Part shown: in pieces, positions 9,451-20,888 of the stretch
How positions within the stretch are numbered: the stretch's first letter is position 1
Layout of the letters: each line of letters begins with the position of its first letter
DNA from: Methanococcus maripaludis
GTDB taxonomy: Archaea > AGJL01 > Methanococci > Methanococcales > Methanococcaceae
Assembly: GCF_002945325.1 (NCBI RefSeq)
Contig: NZ_CP026606.1
Location: forward strand, 1,680,001-1,712,000
DNA: 32,000 bases
Direction: 5' to 3'
Notes under the pieces: model-generated
Databases searched by the model: none
Told to the model about the DNA's origin: nothing
What the model saw: only the letters and a program-made list of their open reading frames with translations
Translations under genes and position numbers: made by a program

Positions 9451-10707
9451 TTACTCCTCATTTTCGGGAGTTTCAATAGTTTCTGAAAATTCTTCAGCCA
9501 TTATTTCTTTTTTACCAACATTTAATGATTTGGACTGTCTTTTTTCTTTATCAATGTTCATCTGTTTTTTTACAGAATCAAGCGCATCTTTTAATACTTC
9601 AATAAAGTCCCATCTCTGTTTTTCGGCAACTAATTCCATTTCTTCGCCGTCCCAGTCTATTCTTTTGGTTGATGAAAGTTTTGGTTTTCCTTCTGCAACG
9701 TAAAGTTTTCTTGGAGTTTTTACGTACGTTTTTACACTGTAGTTTGGCACTCCACCTTTATCCCTTTCTTTTTTAACAGCTAATTTAATCCAGTGGATTT
9801 TTTTCGAATAAATGGCAATTTTCTTAATTTCATTAAATAATATCCTTTCTGCAAGTTCTCTCTGGTCTTCGTCAAAATCACCTTGAATTTCAACTTCAAC
9901 CATTGATTCAGCTCTTAAATCCCTTAAGTATTTTAAAATATCAAGTCTTGTAACGATACCTCTTAATGTATCGTTTTTAAATATTGGAATTCCTCTAATA
10001 TCTTGTTGTTCGAGTATTTCTGCTACTTCCGCAACTGAATCGCCTATATTTGCAGTAATAAGTGGTTTATTTATTATCATTGATACGGGCTGGGCCATTC
10101 TAGGCACTTTATTGCCAGTAAGTTCTCCAACTGTCATTTTGGTTTTTGGTTTGAAGACTTTTTTAACGATATCGTCTTCTGTAACCATTCCAATAGGCTT
10201 TCCATCCATATCGAGTACAATTAGTCTTCCGATGTTATATTTCATCATTAAACTTCTTGCCTTACCGATACTTTCATCGATATCAATTGTGACGGGGCTT
10301 TTCGTCATTATTTTATCGATTTTAACGTCTTTCAAAAGCTCTGACTCTGCTGCGCACTTCATGACATCGTAATCAGTAATAATTCCAATTAGTTTGTCAT
10401 TTTCGTCGATAACTGGAGCTACTCTCTGACCGCTGTTAATCATTTCAAAAGCGGCATCAATCACCTGCGTATTCATTTTTACACAAAATGGTCTAAACAT
10501 CAGATCTTCAACCTGTTGATGCACAGAGTTTCCAAGTAGCAAATCATGCATTGTTACTAGATATATGTCATCATCTTTCTCAACTATCAAATTATGGAAT
10601 TTTTTGTTTTCCATAGTTCCGACAGCTTTTGATATTGGCGTATCAGGACTTACTGTAACAACGTCTTTTGTGGCTATGTCAATTACTTGCTCTTTCAAGA
10701 CTTTCAC
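9451..10707 (-). CDS. Four-CBS-domain protein with a C-terminal beta-alpha-beta-beta-beta-alpha domain (HPF/YfiA-like by pattern)
   Basis: Four CBS repeats lie at aa ~8-60, 66-120, 128-185 and 205-265. The C-terminal domain covers aa 270-392 and is followed by an acidic tail. Confidence 0.8.
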   Translation of the reverse strand: MKVLKEQVIDIATKDVVTVSPDTPISKAVGTMENKKFHNLIVEKDDDIYLVTMHDLLLGNSVHQQVEDLMFRPFCVKMNTQVIDAAFEMINSGQRVAPVIDENDKLIGIITDYDVMKCAAESELLKDVKIDKIMTKSPVTIDIDESIGKARSLMMKYNIGRLIVLDMDGKPIGMVTEDDIVKKVFKPKTKMTVGELTGNKVPRMAQPVSMIINKPLITANIGDSVAEVAEILEQQDIRGIPIFKNDTLRGIVTRLDILKYLRDLRAESMVEVEIQGDFDEDQRELAERILFNEIKKIAIYSKKIHWIKLAVKKERDKGGVPNYSVKTYVKTPRKLYVAEGKPKLSSTKRIDWDGEEMELVAEKQRWDFIEVLKDALDSVKKQMNIDKEKRQSKSLNVGKKEIMAEEFSETIETPENEE

Positions 10708-10903
10708 CCCTTTTCGAGTCCATGGTATATTTTATGATTTTGAGATTTTATATGGTTTCCGATATGATTTTGAAAAAGCAGTGATAATTCTCCGTTTTGG
10801 CGGGTTAAGAAGAGTATATTGATATTCATGGAATTAAATATTTAAGTTAAAATTTGTATGTTAATCATAAATTCCGTTGTTTTAACAAAAGAACCATTAA
10901 TAA

Positions 10904-11203
10904 TTAATATCTTTCAAGTTCATTTGCAATAACATTTAAAATTTCGTTTGTAAGCATGTTGACTTTTTCAGTTCTTTCTGAAACTTCGATCACTTTTTTC
11001 CTTAATCTTTCAGCATCACACTGTTCGATGTCTCTTGCTTTTAGTGTTTTTCTTTTGTCTTTTGCAGCATTTTCTTCAGCGATTTTTGTAGTGGTTACAA
11101 CCATTTCCTGTAAAATTTCAACTAATGCTACGACAGATTCAGCTGATACATTCATATCAGTATTTTCTTTCATAATTCTTTTAACGGTTCCTTTTGGTAT
11201 CAT
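10904..11203 (-). CDS. Archaeal histone-fold protein with a C-terminal coiled-coil extension of about 35 aa
   Basis: The histone fold reads MIPKGTVKRIMKENTDMNVSAESVVALVEILQEMVVTTTKIAEENAAKDKRKTLKARDIEQC. The extension reads DAERLRKKVIEVSERTEKVNMLTNEILNVIANELERY. ATG 11203 has AGAGGT 6 nt upstream; the track start 11242 adds 13 aa. Confidence 0.85.
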   Translation of the reverse strand: MIPKGTVKRIMKENTDMNVSAESVVALVEILQEMVVTTTKIAEENAAKDKRKTLKARDIEQCDAERLRKKVIEVSERTEKVNMLTNEILNVIANELERY

Positions 11204-11320
11204 AATAAGACCTCTTATTTTATCTTTAGAATCATATGGCATTTAAATTATTTAAACCTTATATAAAACAGTAAATCAAAAATGGGAAAATAACACAAAA
11301 GAATATTTAAAAAAAATAAA

Positions 11321-12388
11321 TTAAATTAATTTTTCATCGCCAAGCGGTACAATATTTTTCTGTTCGTATTCCATGTACTCAATCCACTCTTTTTTACAGT
11401 CGCATTCGATATCAAGTTTTTCAATTTTTTGAGTAACTGTAAAATCATTGAATATATCTTTTATTTTATCGTTGCAGGTGCAGTCAATATTGTTATGTGC
11501 TCCCCTTTTTGAAGAAACTCCTGCAGTATCACACATTACGAGAGCATCAGGGTTTTTAGACTTTACTTCTTTTAAAATTTCTAAAATACTCCATAAAAAT
11601 GGTGGTCTGTACTGATTTTTTTTCCAGAGAGTTTCAATTAAAGTTCCTTTGTGAATTGATGCAGGACAGAAAGAAATTCTGCTGCAGCCCATTTCGATGC
11701 ATTTGTTTGCAGTGTCTATTGCATCAATAATTGCCTCTTTTTCGGAAATAAATGGGGGTTTTATCAAAATATATGCTTTTATTCCTACATCGTATTCTTT
11801 TGCGACGGAAAACGCATTTTCAATTGTTTTTGTAGGAACACCTTTGTGAATTGCAACATTTCTTATTTTTTCATTTAAACTTTCGATTCCAACACCGATT
11901 TCAATGTTGCATGAAAGAATATTTTTTATCGATTCCATGTTTTCAGGAGTTACAAATTCAGCTCTTGATTCAATTGCAACTTCCTTTGCACCCATTTCTT
12001 CGATTCTTTTAAAGATATATTCTCTCGTTTCAAGAGGGATTTCAAAAGTATCCAAAAAACTACCTGACGTAAATAGTTTTATTGACATATTTTTATTGAG
12101 CTGATCTTTATATTTTTCAACTGCAGAATCGAACTGGTTTTTCAAGTTTTCAGAAGTAATTTCGGCAGGGGATGCGTCCATTAGGTAGCTGCACATCGTG
12201 CACCCTCCGCTATCGTATGCCCATTTACAGCCCTTTGTTCTTAAAATTATTGTAAAGCTTTGTCCAAACGTTTTATCGCGAAAAACATCGTCTTGAATCC
12301 AAACTGCAATCGGATAATCAGGATTTCTTTCTTTTCGTTTTTTAAGATGTTTTTCACGGATATTTTTTAAATAATCAGCCATAGACAT
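11321..12388 (-). CDS. Radical SAM protein, TIGR01210/RaSEA-like (archaeosine biosynthesis)
   Basis: The Cys cluster TKGCKWAYDSGGCTMCSY is followed by TIM-barrel-like radical SAM core strands. Size and N-terminal pattern match the archaea-specific RaSEA family as I recall it. Confidence 0.6.
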   Translation of the reverse strand: MSMADYLKNIREKHLKKRKERNPDYPIAVWIQDDVFRDKTFGQSFTIILRTKGCKWAYDSGGCTMCSYLMDASPAEITSENLKNQFDSAVEKYKDQLNKNMSIKLFTSGSFLDTFEIPLETREYIFKRIEEMGAKEVAIESRAEFVTPENMESIKNILSCNIEIGVGIESLNEKIRNVAIHKGVPTKTIENAFSVAKEYDVGIKAYILIKPPFISEKEAIIDAIDTANKCIEMGCSRISFCPASIHKGTLIETLWKKNQYRPPFLWSILEILKEVKSKNPDALVMCDTAGVSSKRGAHNNIDCTCNDKIKDIFNDFTVTQKIEKLDIECDCKKEWIEYMEYEQKNIVPLGDEKLI

Positions 12389-12452
12389 AATATCTCCTCA
12401 AAATAAGAAAATAATTTAATAAAAAATTTAAAATAAAATAATCGGGGTTTAA

Positions 12453-15400
12453 TTAATTTTCAAGTTCATTTAATGAATAAACTCCAAGTTCTCCAGATTT
12501 AATTGCTTCGATAGCTTTAATTGCAGCGTATGCTCCTTGTAATGTAGTCATGCATGGAATGTTTAATTCAACTGCAGCTCGTCTGATGAAGTATCCGTCA
12601 GTTTTAGCTTTGTCTCCTGAAGAAGTGTTTATAATTAAGTCGACTTCTCCTTTCTGCATTAAATCAAGAACGCTGTTCTGCATGCTTTCTGAGATTTTTC
12701 TAACTTCTCTTACAGGAATGTCAAATAACCGAAGCTCTCTTGCAGTTCCTCTTGTAGCAACGATTTCAAAGCCTAAATTGTGGTATTTTTTAGCAATTTT
12801 TGTAATGTTGTCTTTATCCCTGTTCCTTACGCTTATAAAGACAGTTCCGGAAGTTGGAAGTTCCATGTTTGCAGAAAGCTGGGATTTGTAAAATGCTTTT
12901 CCAAAGTCCTGATCAATTCCGATTGCTTCACCTGTTGACTTCATTTCTGGGCTTAATACAGGGTCTACTCCTGGAAGTTTTAAGAATGGAAATACTGCTT
13001 CTTTAACGCTTACATATTTTGATTTAGCAAGTCCAAAATACCTCATTTCTTTTAATTTTTTGCCCATTATTGCATTTGTTGCAATTTTTGCAAGAGGTAC
13101 TCCAACTGATTTACTTACATAAGGAATTGTTCTTGAAGCTCTAGGGTTTGCTTCGATAATATATACAACGCCGTCTTTTACGGCATACTGGATGTTTAAT
13201 AATCCAATTACGCCAAGTTCCAGTGCAAGTTTTGTTGTATGTTCCGCAATTTTTTCAATTACTTCTTTTGAAAGAGTTTGAGGGGGAATTACACAAGCAC
13301 TGTCCCCACTGTGGATTCCAGCTTCTTCAATGTGTTCCATAATCGCGCCAATAAATACGCTTTCTCCATCGCACACTGCATCGACATCGACTTCAACAGC
13401 TTCTTCTAAGAATTTATCAATTAAAATCGGGTGATCTGATGAAACTTTAACAGCTTCTCTCATGTAATCTTTTAAATCTTCCGTGTTATAGACAATCTGC
13501 ATTGCACGACCTCCCAACACGTATGAGGGTCTAACAAGTGCAGGGTATCCGATTCTTTCAACAACCTTAAGAGCTTGCTCTTCACTAAATGCAGTTGCAC
13601 CATCTGCCTGAGGTATTTTCAATTTTTCAAGCACGTGTATGAACTGATCTCTATCTTCTGCAAGGTCGATTGATTGGGGGGAAGTTCCTAAAATGTTTAC
13701 TCCTGAATTGTAGAGTTTCATTGCAAGGTTAATTGCGGTCTGTCCACCGAATTGAACGATAACTCCAAGTAACTGTCCGTTTTTATTTTCATTTTCAATT
13801 ATATTCATTATTTCTTCGTAAACTAATGGCTCAAAGTATAATTTGTCCGAAGTATCGTAGTCAGTACTTACGGTTTCAGGGTTGTTGTTTACAATTATTG
13901 CTTCGATTCCAAGTTCTTTCAGTGCAAAAATTGCGTGAACTGTTGAGTAATCAAATTCAACACCTTGTCCGATTCTAATTGGTCCAGAACCTAAAATTAT
14001 TACTTTTTTTCTGTCCGAGGATACGCTTTCGTTCTGTTCTTTATCGAAGTACCTTTCGTATGCTGAGTAGTAGTATGGTGTTTTAGCTTCAAATTCTGCT
14101 GCACAAGTGTCCACCATCTTGTAAACTGGAATTACTTCGAGTCTTTTTCTAAGATCCCTTATCTCATTTTCAGTTTTTGAAAATATTTTTGAGATTTGAA
14201 CGTCTGAAAATCCTAATGATTTTGCTTTTAAAAGGATTTCTTTTAATTTTTCGTCATCTACTGGAAGTCTTGAAATTACTTCAAGTTCTTTTTTACAGTC
14301 GATAATTTTTTTGATTTTTTCAATGAAAAATGGATTTATTCCAGTTCTTTCACAAATTCCGTCAACACTCCATCCTTTATCGAGTGCGTAAGCAATTACA
14401 AAGAGTCTTTCATCTGTAGCATGTTCTAAAATATCAACAATTTCAGAATTCGAGTATTCTTTGTCTTTTCCATCAGCAATTATTCCAAATCTTCCGATAT
14501 CCAAACTTCTAACTGCTTTTTGAAGAGCTTCTTCAAGGTTTCTTCCAATTGCCATGATTTCTCCCGTGGATTTCATGGAAGTTCCAAGTTTTTTGTCAAC
14601 AGTTCTAAATTTATCAAACGGCCATCTTGGAATTTTTACTACAACGTAGTCTATTGTAGGCTCAAAGCTTGCTGGTGTTTCTTTTGTAACGTCATTTTGT
14701 ATTTCATCGAGTGTTCTTCCAATTGCAATTTTTGCAGCGATTTTTGCAATCGGGTATCCTGTTGCTTTACTTGCAAGTGCAGAACTTCTTGAAACTCTCG
14801 GATTTACTTCGATTACAACGTAATCAGTCATTTCAGGGTTTACTGCAAACTGAACGTTACAGCCACCTTCAATTTTCAAGTGTCTGATAATTTGCAATGA
14901 TGCATCTCTTAATTTTTGGTGGAATTCATCGCTTAAGGTCTGTGAAGGCGCAGTTACGATACTTTCTCCAGTGTGTATTCCCATTGGATCGATGTTTTCC
15001 ATGTTACATACAACAATGCAGGTATCGTTTTTATCCCTCATTACTTCGTATTCGTATTCTTTCCAGCCTAAAAGACTCTGATCAATTAAAACTTGTTTGA
15101 TCATCGAGTATTTTAATCCTTTTTTTGTAATTTCAATTAATTCGTCTTCGTTATTTGCAATTCCACCACCTGTTCCTCCAAGGGTGAATGCAGGCCTTAC
15201 AATTGCAGGATATCCAAGTTCCTTAGTAGCTTCAATTGCTTCCTCAACACTATGGACAGCTGCAGATTTTGCAATAGGTTGGTTAATTTCTTCCATTGCT
15301 TTATTGAATAAATCTCTATCTTCTGAAGTTTCAATTACGCTTTCAGTTGAACCCAAAAGTTCAACACCGTGTTTTTCCAAGATTCCGCGTTTTGAAAGTT

Positions 15401-15698
15401 CCATTGCAAGATTTAAACCAGTCTGACCGCCCATTGTTGGGAGAATTGCATCAGGCTGTTCTTTTTCAATGATTTTTTCCAATATTTTTGGATTTAATGG
15501 TTCCAAGTAAACCTTATCTGCAATATTTGTATCGGTTTGAATGGTTGCAGGGTTTGAATTTACTAAAATTGTATAAATTCCCTCTTCTTTTAAAGATTTA
15601 CAAGCTTGCGAGCCAGAAAAATCAAACTCTGCTGCCTGTCCGATAACAATGGGGCCAGAACCCAAAATCATTACCTTTTTTATATCCTCTCTTTTCAA
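12453..15698 (-). CDS. carB: Carbamoyl-phosphate synthase large subunit (single polypeptide)
   Basis: The ATP-grasp halves are duplicated ([17 protein letters not shown] and [16 protein letters not shown]) and a C-terminal MGS-like domain is present. The TTG start at 15698 has GGTGG 4 nt upstream. No carA is adjacent. Confidence 0.97.
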   Translation of the reverse strand: MKREDIKKVMILGSGPIVIGQAAEFDFSGSQACKSLKEEGIYTILVNSNPATIQTDTNIADKVYLEPLNPKILEKIIEKEQPDAILPTMGGQTGLNLAMELSKRGILEKHGVELLGSTESVIETSEDRDLFNKAMEEINQPIAKSAAVHSVEEAIEATKELGYPAIVRPAFTLGGTGGGIANNEDELIEITKKGLKYSMIKQVLIDQSLLGWKEYEYEVMRDKNDTCIVVCNMENIDPMGIHTGESIVTAPSQTLSDEFHQKLRDASLQIIRHLKIEGGCNVQFAVNPEMTDYVVIEVNPRVSRSSALASKATGYPIAKIAAKIAIGRTLDEIQNDVTKETPASFEPTIDYVVVKIPRWPFDKFRTVDKKLGTSMKSTGEIMAIGRNLEEALQKAVRSLDIGRFGIIADGKDKEYSNSEIVDILEHATDERLFVIAYALDKGWSVDGICERTGINPFFIEKIKKIIDCKKELEVISRLPVDDEKLKEILLKAKSLGFSDVQISKIFSKTENEIRDLRKRLEVIPVYKMVDTCAAEFEAKTPYYYSAYERYFDKEQNESVSSDRKKVIILGSGPIRIGQGVEFDYSTVHAIFALKELGIEAIIVNNNPETVSTDYDTSDKLYFEPLVYEEIMNIIENENKNGQLLGVIVQFGGQTAINLAMKLYNSGVNILGTSPQSIDLAEDRDQFIHVLEKLKIPQADGATAFSEEQALKVVERIGYPALVRPSYVLGGRAMQIVYNTEDLKDYMREAVKVSSDHPILIDKFLEEAVEVDVDAVCDGESVFIGAIMEHIEEAGIHSGDSACVIPPQTLSKEVIEKIAEHTTKLALELGVIGLLNIQYAVKDGVVYIIEANPRASRTIPYVSKSVGVPLAKIATNAIMGKKLKEMRYFGLAKSKYVSVKEAVFPFLKLPGVDPVLSPEMKSTGEAIGIDQDFGKAFYKSQLSANMELPTSGTVFISVRNRDKDNITKIAKKYHNLGFEIVATRGTARELRLFDIPVREVRKISESMQNSVLDLMQKGEVDLIINTSSGDKAKTDGYFIRRAAVELNIPCMTTLQGAYAAIKAIEAIKSGELGVYSLNELEN

Positions 15699-15986
15699 AA
15701 TTCCACCTTAGGATACTTTTCCATATAATATGTTATTCTCGTTTTTAAACTCTATGCTAATATAAAATTCAAATTGTCAAAGTATATCCAAAGACCAATA
15801 TTTAAATTATCCGCTCGAAATAATTTCAAATGTTCCGAATCGATTGAAATAAAGTTTTATAAAATTATAAAAAAATAGAATTTAATTAAAATGTTACTAA
15901 TTCAGTTGCGAGTTTTGCGAGTTTTTTTCTTTGTAATTTTAAAGACATTATGGTATTTTATAGGTTTTTCAGCATAACAATATTTT

Positions 15987-16736
15987 ATGAAAATGTTATC
16001 GTGGAATGTAAATGGGATTCGTGCATGTTTGAAAAATGGCTTCATGGATTTTTTAGAACGTGAAAGTCCTGACATCATGTGCATACAAGAGACAAAAGTG
16101 CAAAGTGGACAGGTCCAGCTTGGACTTGACGGTTATTTTCAGTACTGGAATTACGCAGAACGAAAAGGTTATTCTGGAACTGCAATTTTTACAAAAATAA
16201 AACCAAATAACGTTATATTGGGGATGGAAAACAGTGAGCACAACAATGAAGGAAGGGTAATTACTCTTGAATTTGACGAATACTATTTAGTGAATGTTTA
16301 CACTCCAAATTCTCAAAGGGGCCTTACAAGGCTTGAATATCGGCAAAAATGGGATGAAGACTTTTTAAATTACATAAAAACCCTTGAAACTAAAAAACCA
16401 GTGGTATTTTGTGGGGACTTAAATGTTGCACACAAAGAAATCGATTTAAAAAATCCGAAAACTAATGTAAAAAATGCAGGATTCACTCCTGAAGAAAGAA
16501 GTGGGTTTGACAATATTGTAAATTCTGGATTTTTAGATACTTTCAGGGAATTTAACAAAGAAACTGATAATTATTCTTGGTGGAGCTACCGATTTAATGC
16601 AAGGGCAAAAAACATAGGCTGGAGAATTGATTATTTTTGTATTTCGAAAAGTTTAAGGGATAATTTAAAAAATGCATTTATAATGCCTGAAATAATGGGT
16701 TCAGACCACTGTCCTGTGGGAATTATATTTGAATAG
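15987..16736 (+). CDS. xth: Exodeoxyribonuclease III / AP endonuclease (EEP family)
   Basis: Motifs MLSWNVNGIRA, CIQETK, GDLNVAH and GSDHCPV are present. Confidence 0.93.
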   Translation: MKMLSWNVNGIRACLKNGFMDFLERESPDIMCIQETKVQSGQVQLGLDGYFQYWNYAERKGYSGTAIFTKIKPNNVILGMENSEHNNEGRVITLEFDEYYLVNVYTPNSQRGLTRLEYRQKWDEDFLNYIKTLETKKPVVFCGDLNVAHKEIDLKNPKTNVKNAGFTPEERSGFDNIVNSGFLDTFREFNKETDNYSWWSYRFNARAKNIGWRIDYFCISKSLRDNLKNAFIMPEIMGSDHCPVGIIFE

Positions 16737-16889
16737 ATCTTCTGAAAAAATCTGTTCCTTACTTTTTTATTTTTTAAAGATATTATTCTAGAGTTATTTT
16801 AATTTTTAAAATCGATAAGCTTTTTAAGCGATACCGCATTACATTTAAGAGAACAATTTTTGAAAAGGATTTTAGAAACAGTGATAATT

Positions 16890-18557
16890 ATGAAAGATAC
16901 TGTAATGGCATATCTACTTGAAAATTCGATTAAATTCAAAGGAAAACCAAATCCAAAAGCTGCAATGGGAAAAATACTTGGAGAAAACCCTGATTTAAGA
17001 AGTAAAGTTAAAGAAGTAAACCAGGTTATTTCGGAAGTTTTAAAAGAAATTGAAACAATGTCCCTTGAAGAACAGCAGGCAAAATTAAACGAACTTGCTC
17101 CAGAAGGGTTTGGACAAAAAACAGAAAGAAAAAAAAAGGAAATTGAACTGAAAAACGTTAAAGGAAATGTTGTAATGAGATTTGCACCAAATCCTTCAGG
17201 ACCCCTTCATATCGGACACGCAAGAGCATCCGTATTAAACGACTTTTTCTCAAAAAAATACAATGGAAAACTTGTTTTAAGACTTGAAGACACCGATGCT
17301 AAAAGAGTTCTTCCAGAAGCTTACGAAATGATTCAGGAAGATTTAAAATGGCTTGGAGTAAAAGTCGATGAAGTAATTGTACAATCAGAAAGGCTTGAAA
17401 TTTACTACGAATACGGTAGAAAATTAATTGAAATGGGACACGCTTACGTTTGCGATTGCGATGCAGATGAATTTAGAACTTTAAGAGAACAGGGAATTCC
17501 TTGTAAATGTAGGGATACTACTCCAGAAGAAAATATTGCATTATGGGAAAAAATGCTCGCTGGAGAACTTGATAATGTTGCAGTAAGATTGAAAACAGAT
17601 ATTGCACACAAAAACCCATCAATTAGGGATTTTCCAATATTTAGAATTGAAAGAACCCCTCACCCAAAAAATGGAACAAAATATCACGTATATCCTTTAA
17701 TGAATCTTTCAGTAACTGTTGATGACCATTTGCTTGGTATGACACACGTTTTAAGGGGAAAAGACCACATAGTAAACACAGAAAAACAAGAATATATTTA
17801 TAACTACCTTGGATGGGATATTCCAGAATATGTTCACTACGGAATTTTAAAAATAGAAGGGCCTGTTTTAAGTACTTCAAAAATGCATGCAGGAATTTTA
17901 AGCGGAGAATACTCCGGCTGGGACGATGCAAGGCTTGGAACATTGAGGGCTCTCAGAAAAAGAGGAATAAGGCCAGAAGCACTCTACAAATTAATGGTTG
18001 AAATTGGAATAAAACAAGCAGACGTTAGATTTGCCTGGGAAAACCTTTACGCTGCAAACAAAGATATAATCGATAAAGATGCGAGAAGATTCTTCTTTGT
18101 AGAAAGTCCGAAAAAATTAGTAATTTCTGGTGCAGAAAATAGGAAAATTGATCTTAGAATGCACCCTGATAGAAGCGAACTTGGAAACAGGGAACTGTTA
18201 TTCGACGGCGAAATATACGTTTCAGACGATCTTGAAGCTGGAAAAATGTATCGACTAATGGAATTATTCAATATTGTTGTTGAACGGGTTGAAAATGATA
18301 TTATCTATGCAAAATACGACAGCGATGACTTTAAAGTTGCGAAAACTAATAAAGCAAGTATCATTCACTGGATTCCTGTAAAAAACAGCATTCCTGTAAC
18401 GGTTATCGATGAAAATGCTGAAAAAATAGAAGGATTTGCAGAAAAAGACTTTTCAGTTGTAAAAGAAGATGATTTTGTCCAGTTTGAAAGATTTGGATTT
18501 GTAAGAATTGACGAAAAAGAAGATAATGGATATACCTGCTATTTTACCCACAAATAA
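16890..18557 (+). CDS. gltX: Glutamyl-tRNA synthetase (archaeal/eukaryotic type)
   Basis: The HIGH motif is [12 protein letters not shown] and a KMSKS-like LSTSKMH is present. The archaeal-type anticodon-binding C-terminus follows. ATG 16890 has GTGAT 4 nt upstream; the track start TTG 16860 is less likely. Confidence 0.95.
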   Translation: MKDTVMAYLLENSIKFKGKPNPKAAMGKILGENPDLRSKVKEVNQVISEVLKEIETMSLEEQQAKLNELAPEGFGQKTERKKKEIELKNVKGNVVMRFAPNPSGPLHIGHARASVLNDFFSKKYNGKLVLRLEDTDAKRVLPEAYEMIQEDLKWLGVKVDEVIVQSERLEIYYEYGRKLIEMGHAYVCDCDADEFRTLREQGIPCKCRDTTPEENIALWEKMLAGELDNVAVRLKTDIAHKNPSIRDFPIFRIERTPHPKNGTKYHVYPLMNLSVTVDDHLLGMTHVLRGKDHIVNTEKQEYIYNYLGWDIPEYVHYGILKIEGPVLSTSKMHAGILSGEYSGWDDARLGTLRALRKRGIRPEALYKLMVEIGIKQADVRFAWENLYAANKDIIDKDARRFFFVESPKKLVISGAENRKIDLRMHPDRSELGNRELLFDGEIYVSDDLEAGKMYRLMELFNIVVERVENDIIYAKYDSDDFKVAKTNKASIIHWIPVKNSIPVTVIDENAEKIEGFAEKDFSVVKEDDFVQFERFGFVRIDEKEDNGYTCYFTHK

Positions 18558-18665
18558 TTTAACTTTTTTAGATTTTAATTTATTTTTAAAATTCACGATT
18601 TTTTTAATATGAATTTATAAGTAATTTAAAAAGATAAACTAACTTTAAACAACAAGTGATTTCAA

Positions 18666-19562
18666 ATGGAAAGTCAAAAAAAGATTTTAAAACTAACAGT
18701 TGATTCAAAAATTGTTGGAAACAAGTTAATCGATGTTTTAAAGGACAATTTTGAACTTTCAAATAAAATGATAAAAAAATTTGACAAAGAAAATAAAATT
18801 TTTGTAAATTCTAAAAATATCTCCTTAAAATCAAAATTAAAAGAAAATGAAACCGTTTATGTTGAAATTGATTGTGGAATCAATACAATTGATCCCGAAA
18901 ACTTAGCCCTAAATATAATTTACGAAGATGACGATTTATTGATTGTCGATAAACCAAAAAATATGGTTGTTCACCCTACTAAAAATGTGCTATCGAAAAC
19001 ACTTGCAAATGCAGTTTCAAATCACCAGAAAATAAATAATCAGAACTACAAAATAAGATTTGTAAACCGTCTTGATATGGACACTACTGGACTTTTAATC
19101 ATTGCAAAAGATCCATATTCTCATCAACGTCTTGCAAAACAGATGGATGAAGGAATTTTGGAAAAGATATATATTGCGGTAGTAAATGGGCATCTGGATT
19201 TAAAAGAAGGAATTATTGAAGATTCAATCGATTTAAATGACGACGGTATAAAAAGAGAATTATCTAATGTTGGAAAAATTTCTAAAACTAAATACAAAGT
19301 AATCGAAGAACTCAAAAATGCATCAATTCTTGAAATAAAATTACTTACCGGCAGAACTCACCAGATAAGGGTGCATTTATCAAGTACTGGAAATTATATA
19401 ATTGGAGATACTCTTTATGGTGAAATTTCTAATTTAATTGAGAGACAAGCTCTTCATTCGTATATTTTAAGATTTATTCATCCAATTACAAAAGAAAAAA
19501 TGGAATTTTCATCAAAACTGCCAGATGATATGGAAAATCTCATAAAAAATTTGAAAGAGTAA
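18666..19562 (+). CDS. RluA/RluD-family pseudouridine synthase with an N-terminal S4-like domain
   Basis: The catalytic-Asp motif is [26 protein letters not shown] and ALHSY are also present. Confidence 0.88.
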   Translation: MESQKKILKLTVDSKIVGNKLIDVLKDNFELSNKMIKKFDKENKIFVNSKNISLKSKLKENETVYVEIDCGINTIDPENLALNIIYEDDDLLIVDKPKNMVVHPTKNVLSKTLANAVSNHQKINNQNYKIRFVNRLDMDTTGLLIIAKDPYSHQRLAKQMDEGILEKIYIAVVNGHLDLKEGIIEDSIDLNDDGIKRELSNVGKISKTKYKVIEELKNASILEIKLLTGRTHQIRVHLSSTGNYIIGDTLYGEISNLIERQALHSYILRFIHPITKEKMEFSSKLPDDMENLIKNLKE

Positions 19563-19584
19563 AATTCGTGTGTTGTGGGAAAAA

Positions 19585-20841
19585 ATGGTACTTTTAAAAA
19601 ATGGAAAAATCGTGTCTGAGAATAAAATAACTGAATCTGATATCTTAATCGAAGATGGAATAATTCAAAAAATTGAAAAAAATATTGATTATTCTGGTGA
19701 AATAATTGATTTAAAAGGAAATTATGTTTTTCCAGGAATAATTGATTCACACGTTCACTTTCGTTGGGGAAATCCCGAAAAAGAAGATTTTGTTTCCGGA
19801 AGTGAAGCTGCAATTGCTGGTGGAATTGTTTATGCAATAGATATGCCAAATAACACGCCTCCTGTAACTACAAAAGACATATTTTACAAAAAAATGAAAG
19901 AAGGAAATGAACAAAGCAAGATAAATTTGTATTTTGCTTACGGAGTTACGGAAAATAACTATTTAGAAAATGTCGAAGAAGCGATATTTTATAAAATTTT
20001 TATGGTAAAATCAGTCGGCGACCTTTTTATTAGTGATTACTCAAAATTAAGGGAAATTCTTGATCAAAACAAGATTTTTGCAATTCACGCAGAACATAAA
20101 AGTATAATTTCCGAAAATTCCAAAAAATACGAACTAAATAGTTTCGAAAACCACTGTAAAATCAGAAGTCGAGAAAGTGAGATTGAAGCAGTTAGGGAAG
20201 TTTTAAATGTTTTACAAAAAATTGATAAAGAAAGTAAAAATAAGCCTCACGTTCATTTCTGCCATATTTCAGTTAAAGAAGCGCTTGATTTAATAAAAAA
20301 TGCCAAAAAAACTTTTAAAAATGTAAAAGTTACTGTTGAAGTGTCCCCTCACCATTTATTTTTAAATTCAAAAATGGCCGAAGATTTGAAAGGATGTGGA
20401 AAATTTAACCCTCCATTAAGGGAAGAAGCAGATAATCTAGCACTATTAAATGGAATTATCGATGGAACGGTGGATATCGTTGCAACGGACCACGCGCCCC
20501 ATTTAATCGATGAAAAACTAAATTTGGTCGAAAACTGCCCTTCAGGAATTCCTGGAATCGAAACACTAGTGCCATTGATTATGAATTTGGTAAACGAAGA
20601 AAAAATTTCAATTTTTGATGCATACAGAGTTTTATCAAGAAATCCTTCAGAAATTTTTAAAATAAATAATAAGATCAAAGTTGGAAATAACGCGAATATG
20701 ACTGTTGTTGATATGGACAAAGAATACAAAATATCTGCCAAAGATTTTAAATCAAAGGCTAAATTCACGCCTTTTGAAGGAAAAACCGTTAAAGGAAAGC
20801 CTTCTGCAACATTGGTTAATGGGAAGATATATATATTATAA
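19585..20841 (+). CDS. pyrC: Dihydroorotase
   Basis: The metal ligands DSHVHFR and VATDHAPH are present, with the typical N-terminus [10 protein letters not shown]. The track start GTG 19570 adds 5 aa. Confidence 0.9.
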   Translation: MVLLKNGKIVSENKITESDILIEDGIIQKIEKNIDYSGEIIDLKGNYVFPGIIDSHVHFRWGNPEKEDFVSGSEAAIAGGIVYAIDMPNNTPPVTTKDIFYKKMKEGNEQSKINLYFAYGVTENNYLENVEEAIFYKIFMVKSVGDLFISDYSKLREILDQNKIFAIHAEHKSIISENSKKYELNSFENHCKIRSRESEIEAVREVLNVLQKIDKESKNKPHVHFCHISVKEALDLIKNAKKTFKNVKVTVEVSPHHLFLNSKMAEDLKGCGKFNPPLREEADNLALLNGIIDGTVDIVATDHAPHLIDEKLNLVENCPSGIPGIETLVPLIMNLVNEEKISIFDAYRVLSRNPSEIFKINNKIKVGNNANMTVVDMDKEYKISAKDFKSKAKFTPFEGKTVKGKPSATLVNGKIYIL

Positions 20842-20888
20842 TCTTTCTAAAACATATTATACTATGTAAACTTTAGAACGGTGGTAAA

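Noticed and set aside
10565-10822. An 85-aa + strand ORF spans the 5' end of the CBS gene and its upstream spacer.
   Set aside because: It lies antisense to the CBS gene start, lacks an SD and has a low-complexity sequence.
15905-15928. A tandem TGCGAGTTTT repeat followed by a T-run lies in the carB-xth divergent spacer.
   Set aside because: There are only two short copies and no upstream + strand gene for it to terminate. No matching motif was noticed elsewhere in the window.
15902-16084. A 60-aa minus-strand ORF overlaps the xth start.
   Set aside because: It lies antisense to the conserved xth N-terminus. Its basic, low-complexity sequence has no SD.
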